A stretch of DNA of 64,000 nucleotides from Actinomycetota bacterium. Its GTDB lineage: Bacteria > Actinomycetota > Actinomycetes > Actinomycetales > Microbacteriaceae. Numbering within the stretch: the first letter of the stretch is position 1; every line of letters starts with the position of its first letter. Positions 1-11,758 of the stretch are shown here, piece by piece. Both the position numbers and the translations under genes were made by a program. The notes beneath the pieces are model-generated. The model did no database searches, was not told the DNA's origin, and worked only from the letters and a program-made list of their open reading frames with translations. The stretch is taken from NCBI GenBank assembly GCA_041165365.1, contig JBEANR010000127.1, forward strand, positions 110-64,109, read 5' to 3'.

Positions 1-315
1 CTGTACGTCTACAGCGCCAAGGAGTTCGAGGCTGTCCACGAGAAGATCCGCCAGGCCCCCGTCACCAGCAAGCAGGCGAGGGACTTTCTGCGACTCTTCC
101 TCTCTGGCGCGAGCTCGGAGATCCCCGACGCCCAGCATCGGGTCACCATCCCGCAGGGGCTGCGCACCTACGCGGGCCTCGGTCGAGACCTCACCGTCAT
201 CGGTGCCGGCGACCGCGCCGAGATCTGGAACACCACGGCGTGGGAGGCGTACTACGCCGAGCACGAGGCCGGCTTCTCCGAGACCGCCGAGGAGGTGATC
301 CCCGGGCTCTTCTGA
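1..315 (+). CDS. mraZ: MraZ division/cell-wall cluster repressor, 3' part (5' truncated by window)
   Basis: Frame 1 reads [10 protein letters not shown]...[37 protein letters not shown]...EEVIPGLF*, stop TGA 313-315; directly upstream of rsmH. Not in ORF track. Confidence 0.93.
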   Translation: MYVYSAKEFEAVHEKIRQAPVTSKQARDFLRLFLSGASSEIPDAQHRVTIPQGLRTYAGLGRDLTVIGAGDRAEIWNTTAWEAYYAEHEAGFSETAEEVIPGLF

Positions 316-400
316 CCCTCGCCCCTGACTCCCAGCCGATGACCGCCCTGCCTCACTTCCCCGGTGGCAGGTCGTATCGGATGGGGATCAGGGGAGAGGG
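316..400 (+). ncRNA. mraW RNA motif-like hairpin in rsmH 5' region
   Basis: Outer imperfect stem 316-333/383-400, inner stem CCTGCC(347-352)/GGCAGG(366-371) closing loop TCACTTCCCCGGT; position matches the actinobacterial mraW motif. Confidence 0.7.
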
Positions 401-415
401 GCCGGCCCGATCGCC

Positions 416-1384
416 ATGCACGACGACGCTCACGACGACTCCCGTATCCACACACCGGTGCTCCTCGACCGCACCATCGACCTGCTGGGTCCCGCGCTGT
501 CCGCCCCGGATGCCGTGCTCGTCGACGCGACCCTCGGTATGGCCGGGCATGCCGAGGCGTTCCTGGAGCGGTTTCCGCTCCTCACGCTCGTCGGCCTGGA
601 TCGCGACGCCGACGCCCTCGAGATCGCGCGGCGCAGGCTCGCCGGCTTCGGCGACAGGGTCGTCTTCGTGCACACGGTCTACGACCGCTTCGATCAGGCG
701 CTGAGCGAGGCGGGGGTCGGTGCGGTCACCGGCGTCCTCTTCGATCTCGGGGTGTCCTCACTGCAGCTCGACAGGGTGGAGCGCGGATTCTCGTACTCGA
801 AGGACGCCCCCCTCGACATGAGGATGGATGCCGCATCCGACCTCACCGCGGAGCGCATCCTCGCCGAGTACAGCGAAGCCGACCTGCGCAGGATCTTCCG
901 CGATTACGGGGAGGAGAGACTCGCGCCGCGGTACGCCCGGCGCATCGTCGAGCACCGCGCTTCGTCGCCCTTCGTACGGTCGGCACAACTCGTCGCGGTG
1001 ATCACCGCGGCGACCCCCGTGCAGATCCAGCGCAACGGGCACCCGGCGAAGCGGGTGTTCCAGGCGCTCCGCATCGAGGTCAACCAGGAGCTCGCGGTGC
1101 TCGAGCGAGCCGTTCCGGCGGCCCTTGCGACCCTCGCCGTCGAGGGCAGGATCGTGGTGCTGGCCTACCAGTCGCTCGAGGACCGCATCGTCAAGAGGGC
1201 GCTCGCCGCGGCATCCACTTCCAGCGCCCCCGACGGGCTCCCCGTCGAGTTGCCGGAGCATCGCCCGGAGTTCCGCCTGCTGGTGCGCGGAGCAGAACTC
1301 GCCTCGGACGACGAGAGATCACAGAACCCCCGCGCCACCCCCGTGCGACTCCGCGCGGCCGTCAGGATCAGGAACGCCGCATGA
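416..1384 (+). CDS. rsmH: 16S rRNA m4C1402 methyltransferase
   Basis: HTPVLL, DATLGMAGHA, DLGVSSLQLD, RGFSY, PLDMRMD, FQALRIEVNQEL motifs. Confidence 0.97.
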   Translation: MHDDAHDDSRIHTPVLLDRTIDLLGPALSAPDAVLVDATLGMAGHAEAFLERFPLLTLVGLDRDADALEIARRRLAGFGDRVVFVHTVYDRFDQALSEAGVGAVTGVLFDLGVSSLQLDRVERGFSYSKDAPLDMRMDAASDLTAERILAEYSEADLRRIFRDYGEERLAPRYARRIVEHRASSPFVRSAQLVAVITAATPVQIQRNGHPAKRVFQALRIEVNQELAVLERAVPAALATLAVEGRIVVLAYQSLEDRIVKRALAAASTSSAPDGLPVELPEHRPEFRLLVRGAELASDDERSQNPRATPVRLRAAVRIRNAA

Positions 1385-1980
1385 GTGCACTGCCGATAGG
1401 GCTCCCTCTCGAGACCGGGGGCGCGCCGAGCAGGTTCCGTGCGCTCGAGATCGTCACGACCAGGGGTCAGCGGAGGGGACGACCGCGGCTCGTCGTCGCG
1501 ATCGTGACCGTCGCCGGCCTGTTCGCCATCCTCGCCGCGCAACTCCTGCTGTCGATCGCGACCTCCGAGGGCGCCTACGAGATCTCGAGCCTGCAGGCCA
1601 GGCAGAGCGAGCTCGCCCGCGACCAGCAGGTCATGGCCGAGAGCCTCAGGGTGCTCGAAGCGCCTCAGCATCTGTCTGCGGAGGCCCAGGCGATGGGCAT
1701 GGTCGCGAACTCCAGCGCGGCCTACCTCAGGCTCGTCGACGGCGCGGTGCTGGGTGTGCCGGCCGCGGCGAGCGCGAGTGCTGCGCTGCGCACGGCGGAC
1801 GACGGCTCGTCGCTCATCCCCAACTCCTTGCTGAGCGAGGTGCCCCTCGTCGCCGTACCCGGCCAGACGGGCGCCACCGATGCTCCCGGAGAGGGCCCGG
1901 TCGGCGCCCCGGCGGCCCCGGGGGAGCCCAGCACGCCACCGACCGTCCCCGCGGGCATCCCCACTCCCACGACGCACTGA
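1381..1980 (+). CDS. ftsL: FtsL-like cell division protein (TM + coiled coil + Pro-rich tail)
   Basis: ATG overlaps rsmH stop (ATGA); single TM LVVAIVTVAGLFAILAAQLLL, then YEISSLQARQSELARDQQ; canonical position. Confidence 0.8.
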   Translation: MSALPIGLPLETGGAPSRFRALEIVTTRGQRRGRPRLVVAIVTVAGLFAILAAQLLLSIATSEGAYEISSLQARQSELARDQQVMAESLRVLEAPQHLSAEAQAMGMVANSSAAYLRLVDGAVLGVPAAASASAALRTADDGSSLIPNSLLSEVPLVAVPGQTGATDAPGEGPVGAPAAPGEPSTPPTVPAGIPTPTTH

Positions 1981-2023
1981 GCATCGACCGCCGACTGCAC
2001 CCCGACGACATCCCCGGAGACCC

Positions 2024-3760
2024 GTGACACCACCTCGCCAGACCAGACGGCGCCTCGCGCTCGCCCTGCTCTCCCTGTTCGCGGTCTTCTCCATCTTCGT
2101 GGTGCGATTGGTCGACATCCAGCTCGTGCGTGCCGACGAACTCAACACCGACTCGACGAACAAGCGCGCGATCGGGGTCACCACCTACGCCGCGAGGGGT
2201 GACATCGTCGACAAGGACGGCTCCGTGCTCGCCGGAAGTGTGATGCGGTTCGACATCACGGTCTCGCCGCGTACCGTCATCGAGGCATACCGGGATGCCG
2301 AGGCGGAGACCCTTCTGGACGCGGCTGCCGGAATCGCCGCGATCACGGGTCAGACCACCGACGAGGTGATGCGCGCCGTCATGGCCGATCCCGAGTCCGA
2401 CTTCGCCTACATCGCCAAGGCGGTCACCACCGAGCAGATGCGGCAGATCCGGGCTCTGGAGATCCCCGGGGTCATCCCGAGCCAGCATCCGATCCGTATC
2501 TATCCCGGGGGGTCGGTGGCGGGCAACCTCGTCGGCTTCGTCGGCACCGACGGCCCGCAGAACGGTCTCGAGTACACCGAGAACGACTGCCTGGCCAGCA
2601 CGAACGGCACCTCCACCTACGAACGCGGAGCCGACGGCATCCGCTTGCCGGGCAGCACGGTGACGACGCAGCCCGCCGTCGAGGGCGGCACGATCACGAC
2701 CACCATCGACTCCGATCTGAACTGGTCCGTGCAGCAGATGATCGCCGAGCAGGGACTCGCGATCGGCGCGAGTTCGGCACTGGCGATGGTGACCGAGGTC
2801 TCGACCGGCAAGTTGCTGACGGTGGCCGACTGGCCGTCGGTCGATCCGAACAACAGGGATGCCACGCCGCCCGAGTACCTCGGCTCACTCGCGTTCAGTG
2901 CGGCGTACGAGCCGGGGTCGATCTTCAAGCCCATGACGGCCTCCATGCTGCTCGACCAGGGTGTCGCCTCCCCGACGACCCAGGTCACCGTCCCCTCGCG
3001 CTGGACCTCTCCCGAGGGGAGTGTGATCAAGGATGCCGCGGCTCACGCCGAGCAGCGGCTCACCCTCGCCGGGGTCATCCAGCAGTCCTCGAACGTGGGG
3101 ATCTCACAGCTCGCGACCCGGCTCCCGAGCGGCATGCGGTACGACTACATGACCGCCTTCGGGGTCGGCGAGCGCACCGAGGTCGACTTCCAGGGCGAGT
3201 CCAAAGGCCTGCTCGCCTCGCGGTGGGACGATCAGCAGAAGTACGACGTCGCCTACGGTCAGGGCGTCTCGACCTCGCTCGCTCAGGTCTCGAGCATCTA
3301 CCAGACACTCGGCAACGGAGGGGTGCGCATGCCGTTGACCCTGGTGTCCAGCTGCACGGGACCGGACGGCATCGTCGTCGACCCCGCACCCGTCGAGGGC
3401 GCGAGGGTCGTCTCAGAGGCCGCTGCGGACACCACCGTGCAGATGATGGAGGGGGTGGTCACCGGCGGTGGGCTGGCGAGGGAGCTGCAGATCCCCGGGT
3501 ACCGCGTCGCCGCCAAGAGCGGTACCGCCGAGGTGTCGGAGAACGGGCGGTACACCAGCAAGCGGGTCGTGTCGATCGCCGGCCTCGCGCCCGCGGAGGA
3601 CCCGAAGTACGCGGTCGTGGTCATGTTCGTGAACCCCGGTACGATGAAGACGTCGGCCGCTGCGGCGCCGACGTTCAAGAAGATCATGACCAAGGTACTC
3701 ACGACGTACCGCGTCACGCCGTCGACGACACCACCACCAGCCCTGCCGACGACCTGGTAA
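2024..3760 (+). CDS. ftsI: Class B penicillin-binding protein FtsI
   Basis: GTG 2024; N-terminal TM, ARGDIVDKDG, EPGSIFK (SxxK), QSSNVG (SxN), AKSGTA (KS/TG). Confidence 0.93.
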   Translation: MTPPRQTRRRLALALLSLFAVFSIFVVRLVDIQLVRADELNTDSTNKRAIGVTTYAARGDIVDKDGSVLAGSVMRFDITVSPRTVIEAYRDAEAETLLDAAAGIAAITGQTTDEVMRAVMADPESDFAYIAKAVTTEQMRQIRALEIPGVIPSQHPIRIYPGGSVAGNLVGFVGTDGPQNGLEYTENDCLASTNGTSTYERGADGIRLPGSTVTTQPAVEGGTITTTIDSDLNWSVQQMIAEQGLAIGASSALAMVTEVSTGKLLTVADWPSVDPNNRDATPPEYLGSLAFSAAYEPGSIFKPMTASMLLDQGVASPTTQVTVPSRWTSPEGSVIKDAAAHAEQRLTLAGVIQQSSNVGISQLATRLPSGMRYDYMTAFGVGERTEVDFQGESKGLLASRWDDQQKYDVAYGQGVSTSLAQVSSIYQTLGNGGVRMPLTLVSSCTGPDGIVVDPAPVEGARVVSEAAADTTVQMMEGVVTGGGLARELQIPGYRVAAKSGTAEVSENGRYTSKRVVSIAGLAPAEDPKYAVVVMFVNPGTMKTSAAAAPTFKKIMTKVLTTYRVTPSTTPPPALPTTW

Positions 3761-3774
3761 GAAATGAGGACGCC

Positions 3775-5316
3775 GTGAACGCCCGGATCCCCCCGGTTCT
3801 CCGGCCAGAGCATCCGTCGGCCCGGTCCCTCACCGGCCTCGTCAGCGACTTCGGGCTCGAGCACAGCGGCCACGTCGACGGGGTCGAGGTCACCGGCGTC
3901 ACGCTCAGATCGACCGAGGTGCAGCCGGGCGACCTCTACGTCGGTGTGCCGGGCGAGCATGCGCACGGCGCCGAGTTCGCGGCCGCGGCGGCCGAGGCGG
4001 GGGCGGTCGCCGTGCTGACCGACGCCGCCGGAGCGGACCTCGCCGCGGATGCCGGGCTCCCCATCGTGCTCGTGGACTCACCCCGCGCGGCGCTGGGCGA
4101 CGTCTCGGCATGGGTGTACCGCACCGCCGAGGATCCGCCGCAGCTGTTCGGGATCACGGGCACCAACGGCAAGACGTCGACCGCATACATCCTCGAGGGC
4201 ATCCTCAGGCAGCTCGGGTTGGTGACCGGCCTCAGTTCGACGTCGGAACGCCACATCGGCGACCTGACGGTGGTCAGCCGCCTGACCACCCCCGAGGCGA
4301 GCGAGATGCACGCCCTCCTCGCCAGGATGCGCGAGAGCGGTGTGCGCGCCGTCGCCGTGGAGGTCAGCGCCCAGGCCCTCAGTCGCAACCGCGTCGACGG
4401 GATCGTCTTCGACGTCGTCGGATTCACGAACCTCAGCCACGACCACCTCGACGACTACGCCGACATGGAGGAGTACCTCGAGGCGAAGGCGACGTTCTTC
4501 GAACCGGATCGCGCGCGCCGCGGGGTCGTCTCGCTCGACACCGGCTGGGGAGAGCGCATCGTCGAGCATTCGAGGATCCCCATCACCACCATCTCGGCGA
4601 CGCCGGGGACCCCGGCCGCCTGGACGCTCGAGGTCGTCGACGAGCAGGCCGCCTACACCGAGTTCATCCTCACCGGCCCCGAGGGCCGCTCGTTGACCAC
4701 TCGCGTGCCGCTCATCGGGCGCCACATGGCCGCCAACGCGGGGCTCGCGATCGTGATGCTCGTCGAGGCGGGGTACGAGCTCGAGGCCATCGGGCACGCT
4801 CTCGGCGAGGAGGGCATCGAGGCCTACCTCCCCGGCAGGACCGAGCGGGTCTCCGGTGACCGAGGACCCTCGGTGTACGTCGACTTCGGCCACAGTCCGG
4901 ATGCGTTCCTCAACACCCTCGCGGCGGTCCGCACCTTCACGCAGGGCCGGGTCATCATGGTGTTCGGCGCCGACGGCGACAGGGATGCGACGAAACGGCA
5001 CGAGATGGGTCGGGTCGCGTCGGAGGGCTCCGACATCCTCGTCGTGACCGATCACCATCCGCGGTTCGAGGATCCGGCGTCGATCCGCGCCACCCTGATC
5101 GACGGGGCCGGACTCGCCGCCCACCAGGCCGAGCTGCACGAGGTCAGCCCGCCGGAACGGGCCATCCGACACGCGGTGTCGCTCGCGAGGGAGGGCGACT
5201 CCATCCTCTGGGCGGGCCCGGGGCATCAGGACTACCGCGACATCCGCGGTGAACGCACTCCGTATTCGGCTCGAGCCGAAGCGCGGGACGCCCTGCGGGA
5301 AGCCGGCTGGTCGTAG
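3775..5316 (+). CDS. murE: Mur ligase MurE
   Basis: GTG 3775 after GAGG; GITGTNGKTST, TTPE, EVSAQAL, TNLSHDHLD, DFGHSPD. Confidence 0.93.
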   Translation: MNARIPPVLRPEHPSARSLTGLVSDFGLEHSGHVDGVEVTGVTLRSTEVQPGDLYVGVPGEHAHGAEFAAAAAEAGAVAVLTDAAGADLAADAGLPIVLVDSPRAALGDVSAWVYRTAEDPPQLFGITGTNGKTSTAYILEGILRQLGLVTGLSSTSERHIGDLTVVSRLTTPEASEMHALLARMRESGVRAVAVEVSAQALSRNRVDGIVFDVVGFTNLSHDHLDDYADMEEYLEAKATFFEPDRARRGVVSLDTGWGERIVEHSRIPITTISATPGTPAAWTLEVVDEQAAYTEFILTGPEGRSLTTRVPLIGRHMAANAGLAIVMLVEAGYELEAIGHALGEEGIEAYLPGRTERVSGDRGPSVYVDFGHSPDAFLNTLAAVRTFTQGRVIMVFGADGDRDATKRHEMGRVASEGSDILVVTDHHPRFEDPASIRATLIDGAGLAAHQAELHEVSPPERAIRHAVSLAREGDSILWAGPGHQDYRDIRGERTPYSARAEARDALREAGWS

Positions 5317-6723
5317 GTGCTCGCCCTCACGCTGGCCGAGATCGCGGCTGCGGTGCACGGTGAGTTGCGCCCCGCCCGTGGCGATTCACCGCAGACCGTG
5401 CTCCGCGGTGCGGTGCACACCGACTCGAGGCTCGTCGCCCCCGGCGACCTCTTCTTCGCCCTGCCGGGGGCGGAGTCCGACGGCCATCTCTTCGCCGCGT
5501 CCGCCGCCGAGCGGGGGGCGTCGGTGGCCGTCGTGGAGCGTCTCGTCGACGCGCCGATCTCCCAGATCGTCGTGCCCGACGGCATGGTGGCGCTCGCGAT
5601 GCTCGCCTCGGATGTGGTCTCGAGGGTGCGCGCATCCGGAGACCTCCGCATCGTCGGCATCACCGGCTCGAACGGCAAGACGACCACCAAGAATCTGCTG
5701 GGGGCGATCCTGGCGGACGTCGGTCCGACCATCGCCCCGCAGGGCTCGTTCAACAACCACGTCGGCGCGCCCCTCTCGATGCTCGGGATCGATGAGGACA
5801 CGCTCTTCCTGGTCGTCGAGATGGGCGCATCGGGCGTGGGGCACATCGCGCGCCTGGTGCGCATCGCCGTACCCGACATCTCCGTCGTGCTCAAAGTCGG
5901 ACTCGCCCACGCCGGGGAGTTCGGCGGCATCGAGGCGACCCAGCGCGCGAAGGCCGAGATCGTCACCGCCCTGCCCGCCTCGGCCGTCGCCGTGCTCAAC
6001 GTCGACGATCACCGGGTGGCGGCCATGGCCGATCAGACCGCGGCGACGGTGCGATGGTTCGGTCTGGATGACGCGGCCGACGTGCGCGCGACCGACATCG
6101 AGTCGACGGCGTCCGGAACCTCGTTCGACCTCGAGTGCGACGGGGTCACGAGAGCCGTCACCCTCAGGATCCTCGGCGAGCACCACGTGATGAACGCCCT
6201 CGCCGCCCTGGCCGTCGCCCGCGAGCTCGACCTCGACCTCGATGAGGCGATCGCGTCGGTGGGAAGGGTGCCCCGCGCGGAGCGCTGGAGGATGGAGCTG
6301 CTCGAGCCCGGCGGCGGCGTCACCGTCATCAACGACGCCTACAACGCGAGCCCCGACTCGACGGCGGCGGCCCTCAAGACCCTCGCCCAGCTCACCCGGG
6401 ACGGCCGTCGTTCCGTCGCGATCCTGGGCGAGATGGCGGAGTTGGGCGAGTTCGCCGACGAGGAGCACGACCGCATCGGCCGACTCGCCGTGCGACTCAA
6501 CGTCGAGAAGCTCGTGGTGGTCGGCCACCGCGCGAGGCACATCCACAACGCCGCGGGCCTCGAGGGCTCGTGGGACGGCGAATCGGTGCTCGTCGACACC
6601 GCAGACGAGGCGTTCGACCTCGTCAACGCCGATCTCCGGCCCGGCGACGTCGTGCTCGTGAAATCGTCGAAGTCCGCGGGTCTCCGCTTCCTCGGTGATC
6701 GCCTGGGAGGCGTGACCGGATGA
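5317..6723 (+). CDS. murF: UDP-MurNAc-tripeptide D-Ala-D-Ala ligase
   Basis: [46 protein letters not shown]. Confidence 0.96.
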   Translation: MLALTLAEIAAAVHGELRPARGDSPQTVLRGAVHTDSRLVAPGDLFFALPGAESDGHLFAASAAERGASVAVVERLVDAPISQIVVPDGMVALAMLASDVVSRVRASGDLRIVGITGSNGKTTTKNLLGAILADVGPTIAPQGSFNNHVGAPLSMLGIDEDTLFLVVEMGASGVGHIARLVRIAVPDISVVLKVGLAHAGEFGGIEATQRAKAEIVTALPASAVAVLNVDDHRVAAMADQTAATVRWFGLDDAADVRATDIESTASGTSFDLECDGVTRAVTLRILGEHHVMNALAALAVARELDLDLDEAIASVGRVPRAERWRMELLEPGGGVTVINDAYNASPDSTAAALKTLAQLTRDGRRSVAILGEMAELGEFADEEHDRIGRLAVRLNVEKLVVVGHRARHIHNAAGLEGSWDGESVLVDTADEAFDLVNADLRPGDVVLVKSSKSAGLRFLGDRLGGVTG

Positions 6724-7826
6724 TCGCGCTGCTGACGGCCGCCGGCGTCGCGATGGTCTTCACCCTCCTCCTCACGCCGCTGTTCGCCCGCACCTTCCGA
6801 CGCCTGAACCTCGGTCAATTCGTGCGCGCGGACACCCCGACCACCCATGTCGTGAAGCGCGGCACACCGTCGATGGGCGGCATCGTCTTCATCAGCGCGT
6901 CGATCGTCGGATACCTGGTGGGCCAACTGGCCGGCAACCAGCTGCCCTCGGGGGCCGGTCTGCTCGTCATCCTGATGATGGTGGGGCTCGGGGCCGTCGG
7001 ATTCGTCGACGACTTCCTCAAGGTGCGGCGCAAGAACAGCACGGGGCTCAGCGGGCCGGCGAAGATCGCCCTCACCATCGTGGTGGCGATCGTCTTCGGC
7101 CTGCTCGGCATCCTCTACGAGGACCCGCAGGGCATGACGCCCGCCTCGACGGCGGTGTCGTTCGTGCGCGATCTCGATTTCGACTTCGTCGCGGCGTTCG
7201 GCGTGACGATCGGCGTCATCCTGTTCCTGTCGTGGGTGGTGCTGATCACCACGAGCGTCTCGAACGCGGTGAACCTCGCCGACGGACTGGACGGTCTCGC
7301 AGCGGGATCGTCGGTGGTCGCGCTCGGCTCGTACATCATCATCGGCTTCTGGCAGTTCAACCAGTCGTGCGTGGAGCTCGCGAAGCTCACCGTCTCGTCG
7401 CCGAACCTCTACAAGTGCTACGAGGTGTCGTACCCGCTCGATCTCGCGACGATCGCCGCAGCCATCGTCGGGTCGCTCATCGGATTCCTCTGGTGGAACA
7501 CGTCGCCGGCGCAGATCATGATGGGCGACACCGGGTCGTTCGCCATCGGCGGGGCCATCGCGGCCCTTGCGATCCTCTCGCGCACCGAATTGCTTCTCAT
7601 CTTCATCGGCGGACTGTTCCTCATCATCACCGGTCAAGTCATCGTGCAGCGCATCTATTTCAAGGCCACGAAGGGCAGACGCATCTGGCGCGCGAGTCCA
7701 CTGCACCACCACTTCGAGATGAAGGGCTGGGCGGAGGTCACGATCGTCGTGAGGTTCTGGATCATCGCCGGTCTGTTCGCCGCCTCGGGAGTCGGTTTGT
7801 TCTACGCGGAGTGGCTCTACCGGTGA
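6720..7826 (+). CDS. mraY: Phospho-MurNAc-pentapeptide transferase
   Basis: [40 protein letters not shown]. Confidence 0.97.
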   Translation: MIALLTAAGVAMVFTLLLTPLFARTFRRLNLGQFVRADTPTTHVVKRGTPSMGGIVFISASIVGYLVGQLAGNQLPSGAGLLVILMMVGLGAVGFVDDFLKVRRKNSTGLSGPAKIALTIVVAIVFGLLGILYEDPQGMTPASTAVSFVRDLDFDFVAAFGVTIGVILFLSWVVLITTSVSNAVNLADGLDGLAAGSSVVALGSYIIIGFWQFNQSCVELAKLTVSSPNLYKCYEVSYPLDLATIAAAIVGSLIGFLWWNTSPAQIMMGDTGSFAIGGAIAALAILSRTELLLIFIGGLFLIITGQVIVQRIYFKATKGRRIWRASPLHHHFEMKGWAEVTIVVRFWIIAGLFAASGVGLFYAEWLYR

Positions 7827-9352
7827 CCGACGGCGCCGGGCGTCCCGCCGCCGAGGTGGAGGCCCTCTCGAGCTGGTATGCCGAGTGGTCGGGGCTCCGC
7901 GCCGTCGTGCTCGGCCTCGGGCTCTCGGGCTTCGCCGCCGCGGACACCCTCGTCGAGCTCGGCGCCGAGGTGCTGGTGCTCGCCGACCGGGCCGACCCCG
8001 AGCGGGGCGACCTCCTCGCGGTGATCGGTGCAGCCTTCGAGCCGGGCGACACGGGGAGCGGCGCCGCGGCCAGGATCGCCGACTTCGGGGCCGAGGTGCT
8101 CGTGGTCTCGCCGGGGGTGCCGCCATCGCACCCGGCGGTCATCGCCGCTGTGACCGCAGGTACTCCGGTGTGGGGCGAGGTCGAGCTGGCCTGGAGGGTG
8201 CGCGACAAGACGGGCACGCCGGCGGACTGGATCTGCGTGACCGGCACGAACGGCAAGACCACGACGGTGAAGCTCGCAACGGCGATGATCGCCGCGTCCG
8301 GACGCCGGGTGCTCGCCTGCGGCAACGTCGGGGTGCCTGTGCTCGACGCGGTGCGCGATCCCGGCGGATTCGACGTGCTCGTCGTCGAGCTGTCGAGCTT
8401 CCAGCTGCACTACAGCCACTCGGTGTCGCCGCTCTCGAGCGTCTGCCTCAATGTCGCCGACGACCATCTCGATTGGCACGGCTCGGCCGAGGCGTACCGT
8501 GCGGCCAAGGCCCGCGTGTACACCGGCACCCGCGTGGCCTGCCTGTTCAATCGCGACGATGCGGCGACGCGGTCGATGGTCGAGCAGGCGGAGGTGGTCG
8601 ACGGATGTCGCGCCGTCGGGTTCGGGCTCGGGGTGCCGGGTCCGAGCGATCTCGGCCTCGTCGACGAGCTGCTCTGCGATCGGGCCTTCCTCGACGCGAG
8701 GTTCACGACCGCCCTCGAACTCGCCACCCGGGATGATCTGAGCCGGGCGGGCCTCGCGACTCCCCACCTGGTGGCGAACGTGCTCGCCGCTGCAGGGCTC
8801 GCGCGGTCGATCGGGGTGCAGCCCGCCGACATCCGCGCCGCCGTCCGGGCATTCAGAACGGACCCCCACCGCACCGAGACCGTCGCGACGGCCGACGGCG
8901 TGAGCTGGGTGGACGACTCGAAAGCCACCAACCCCCACGCGGCCGCGGCGTCGCTCGGAGCCTTCGAGCGCGTGGTGTGGATCGTCGGCGGTCTGCTGAA
9001 GGGCGTCGAGCTCGACGGGATCATCGTCGGTCACCTGCCCGCCCTGCGCGCCGCCGTCGTGATCGGGGTGGACCGCGTCGACGTGCTCGCGGCATTCGAG
9101 CGACACGCGCCGGGGCTCCCCGTGCTCGAGGTCGACACCCTCGACACTGAGAACGTCATGCCGACGGCCGTGAGGTTGTCGGCGACAGTCGCACAGACGG
9201 GGGACGTGGTGCTTCTGGCGCCCGCCGCGGCGTCGATGGACCAGTTCCTGGACTACGCAGACCGCGGCCGACGATTCTCGGAGGCCGTCCACGACATGTT
9301 GGGAGGGCGTCCGGATGACGACCAGCACCCCGCGGCGCCGCCCGGGCCGTGA
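7823..9352 (+). CDS. murD: UDP-MurNAc-L-Ala D-glutamate ligase
   Basis: GTG overlapping mraY stop; [48 protein letters not shown]. Confidence 0.95.
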   Translation: MTDGAGRPAAEVEALSSWYAEWSGLRAVVLGLGLSGFAAADTLVELGAEVLVLADRADPERGDLLAVIGAAFEPGDTGSGAAARIADFGAEVLVVSPGVPPSHPAVIAAVTAGTPVWGEVELAWRVRDKTGTPADWICVTGTNGKTTTVKLATAMIAASGRRVLACGNVGVPVLDAVRDPGGFDVLVVELSSFQLHYSHSVSPLSSVCLNVADDHLDWHGSAEAYRAAKARVYTGTRVACLFNRDDAATRSMVEQAEVVDGCRAVGFGLGVPGPSDLGLVDELLCDRAFLDARFTTALELATRDDLSRAGLATPHLVANVLAAAGLARSIGVQPADIRAAVRAFRTDPHRTETVATADGVSWVDDSKATNPHAAAASLGAFERVVWIVGGLLKGVELDGIIVGHLPALRAAVVIGVDRVDVLAAFERHAPGLPVLEVDTLDTENVMPTAVRLSATVAQTGDVVLLAPAAASMDQFLDYADRGRRFSEAVHDMLGGRPDDDQHPAAPPGP

Positions 9353-10682
9353 GCGCCCCGGCGCCGACCGTCCAGGCGCCGACCGCACCGGACCAGACCG
9401 CCTCGGCGCCGACGGCAGCGCGTCCGGTGGCTTTGCGGCATCCGGCGTCGGAGACGGCGCGGGGCGTCCCGCGTCGGCAGCCGTCGTCGCCGTGCGCCGC
9501 ATCTTCGCGGCCGAGACCGGCAACTACTTCCTGATCCTCGGCACCACCCTGTTCCTCGTGGTGTTCGGCCTCGTGATGGTGCTCTCGTCGTCGGCGGTCA
9601 CGTCGTACAACGAGACCGACGACTTCTTCTCGGGCTTCACCAGGCAGGCCACCTTCGCCGCCATCGGGGTGCCCGTCATGTTGATCTTCTCGCGCCTGCC
9701 CGCGGTGTTCTGGAAGAAGTGGGCGGGCCTCGCGATGGTGATCGGCATCGGGCTGCAACTCCTCGTCATCGCCACCCCGCTCGGGGTGCAACGCGGCGGC
9801 AACACCAATTGGCTCGACCTCGGGGCGTTCAGCCTGCAGCCGTCCGAGGTCACGAAGGTCGCTCTCGCCATCTGGCTGGCCTACATCCTGTCGACCAAGG
9901 CCGAGAAACTGCACTCGTTGAAGGAGCTCGCGCTGCCGATCGCCCCGGTCGCGGGGGCGTCGATCGCCTTCGTGCTCGTGGGCGGAGACCTCGGCACCGG
10001 GCTGATCCTGATGCTCATCGTCTTCGGGTCGCTCTTCTTCGGCGGAGTGCGGCTGAGGTTCATCCTGCCGCCGCTCGCCCTGCTCGCCCTCGCCATCCCC
10101 GTGGTGGCCTTCTCGAGCAACTCCCGAGGCGATCGCGTCCAGGTCTGGCTCGACCAGTGCTCGGCGGAGGGTGATCTCGCGAGCACCTGCTGGCAGACCG
10201 TGCACGGCTGGTGGGCGCTGGCCGCCGGCGGCGTCTTCGGTGTCGGGCTGGGCAACTCCAAGGCGAAGTGGTCGTGGTTGCCCGAAGCCGACAACGACTT
10301 CATCTTCGCGATCATCGGCGAGGAGCTCGGGCTCCTCGGAGCGGTCACGGTGCTGGTGTTGTTCATCGTGCTCGCGATCGGGTTCGTGCGCGTCATCCGC
10401 ACCACCGCCGATCCGTTCGCGAGGATCGCCGTCAGCGCCATCATGGTGTGGATCACCGGGCAGGCCTTCGTCAACATCGCCGTGGTGCTCGGGGTGCTCC
10501 CGGTGCTCGGGGTGCCGCTGCCGTTGATCTCGGCCGGTGGGTCGGCGATGATCATGGTTCTCGCCGCCATCGGCATCGTGTTGTCGTTCGCTCGACACCC
10601 TGTCGAGCCGGGGCTGGCCGGTCGTGGATCACCGGTCGGTCGCGCGCCCGCCGCGGCCCGCCGCGGCACCCCCCGCGGATGA
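9315..10682 (+). CDS. ftsW: SEDS peptidoglycan polymerase FtsW
   Basis: [49 protein letters not shown]. Confidence 0.96.
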   Translation: MTTSTPRRRPGRERPGADRPGADRTGPDRLGADGSASGGFAASGVGDGAGRPASAAVVAVRRIFAAETGNYFLILGTTLFLVVFGLVMVLSSSAVTSYNETDDFFSGFTRQATFAAIGVPVMLIFSRLPAVFWKKWAGLAMVIGIGLQLLVIATPLGVQRGGNTNWLDLGAFSLQPSEVTKVALAIWLAYILSTKAEKLHSLKELALPIAPVAGASIAFVLVGGDLGTGLILMLIVFGSLFFGGVRLRFILPPLALLALAIPVVAFSSNSRGDRVQVWLDQCSAEGDLASTCWQTVHGWWALAAGGVFGVGLGNSKAKWSWLPEADNDFIFAIIGEELGLLGAVTVLVLFIVLAIGFVRVIRTTADPFARIAVSAIMVWITGQAFVNIAVVLGVLPVLGVPLPLISAGGSAMIMVLAAIGIVLSFARHPVEPGLAGRGSPVGRAPAAARRGTPRG

Positions 10683-11758
10683 CCTCGTACCTGTTCGCCG
10701 GGGGCGGCACCGCCGGCCACGTCAACCCGCTGCTCGCGACCGCCGACCGGGTGAGGGAGCGCGATCCCGCGGCCGAGATCGTCGTGCTCGGCACCCTCGA
10801 AGGACTCGAGTCGCGACTGGTGCCCGCCAGGGGGTACGACCTGGTCACCGTCGATCGGCTGCCGTTCCCCCGTCGTCCCGGCCGGGCCATGATCGGGTTC
10901 CCCCAGAGGTTTGCGGCGGTGGTCGCCCGCATCCGCGAGATCATCGTCGAGAACGGGGTCGATGTCGTGGTCGGCTTCGGCGGCTACGTGTCGGCCCCGG
11001 CATACGTCGCCGCTCGACGGCAGGGGGTCCCGGTCGTGGTGCACGAGGCCAACAGCCGACCGGGGCTGGCCAACAGGCTCGGCAGTCTCTTCGCCGCCGA
11101 GACGGCGGTGGCCTTCGGTTCGGCGCGGCTCCGTCGGGCGACGGAGACCGGCATGCCGCTGCGCCGCGAGATCGAGCGGCTCGACCGGCACGCTGCGCGG
11201 CCCGAGGCCGCCGGCGAGTTCGGATTGGATCGGCGCACCCTCACCCTCGTCGTCACCGGCGGGTCGCTCGGGGCGCGGCGCATCAACGAGACCATGGCGC
11301 GCGCGGCCCCCCTCGTGCTCGGCACCGGATGGCAGATCCTGCACATCACCGGCACCCGCTCGACCACCGTCTACCCCGAGCTGCCCGGCTATCGCGTCGT
11401 GCCCTACTGCGATCGGATGGATCTCGCGCTCGCGCACGCCGATCTCGTCGTGAGTCGCGCGGGCGCCTCGACGGTGAGCGAGTTGTCCGCCCTGGCCATC
11501 CCCGCCGTCTACGTGCCGCTCCCCGTCGGCAACGGGGAGCAACGCCTCAATGCCCGCACCGCGCACCGGGCGGGCGCCGCCCTCGTGGTCGACGACGGCG
11601 ATTTCACCGTGGATTGGATCGCCGACGAACTCCTCCCGCTGCTGCAGGACAGAGCGGCGCTCGCGGCGATGGCGGCGAGCGCGTCGACCATCGGCATCCG
11701 CGACGGCGCGGATCGTCTCGCCGACATCATCGACCGAGTAGTGGGGCGTGCACCGTGA
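10679..11758 (+). CDS. murG: Lipid II GlcNAc transferase
   Basis: ATG overlapping ftsW stop; [39 protein letters not shown]. Confidence 0.96.
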   Translation: MTSYLFAGGGTAGHVNPLLATADRVRERDPAAEIVVLGTLEGLESRLVPARGYDLVTVDRLPFPRRPGRAMIGFPQRFAAVVARIREIIVENGVDVVVGFGGYVSAPAYVAARRQGVPVVVHEANSRPGLANRLGSLFAAETAVAFGSARLRRATETGMPLRREIERLDRHAARPEAAGEFGLDRRTLTLVVTGGSLGARRINETMARAAPLVLGTGWQILHITGTRSTTVYPELPGYRVVPYCDRMDLALAHADLVVSRAGASTVSELSALAIPAVYVPLPVGNGEQRLNARTAHRAGAALVVDDGDFTVDWIADELLPLLQDRAALAAMAASASTIGIRDGADRLADIIDRVVGRAP

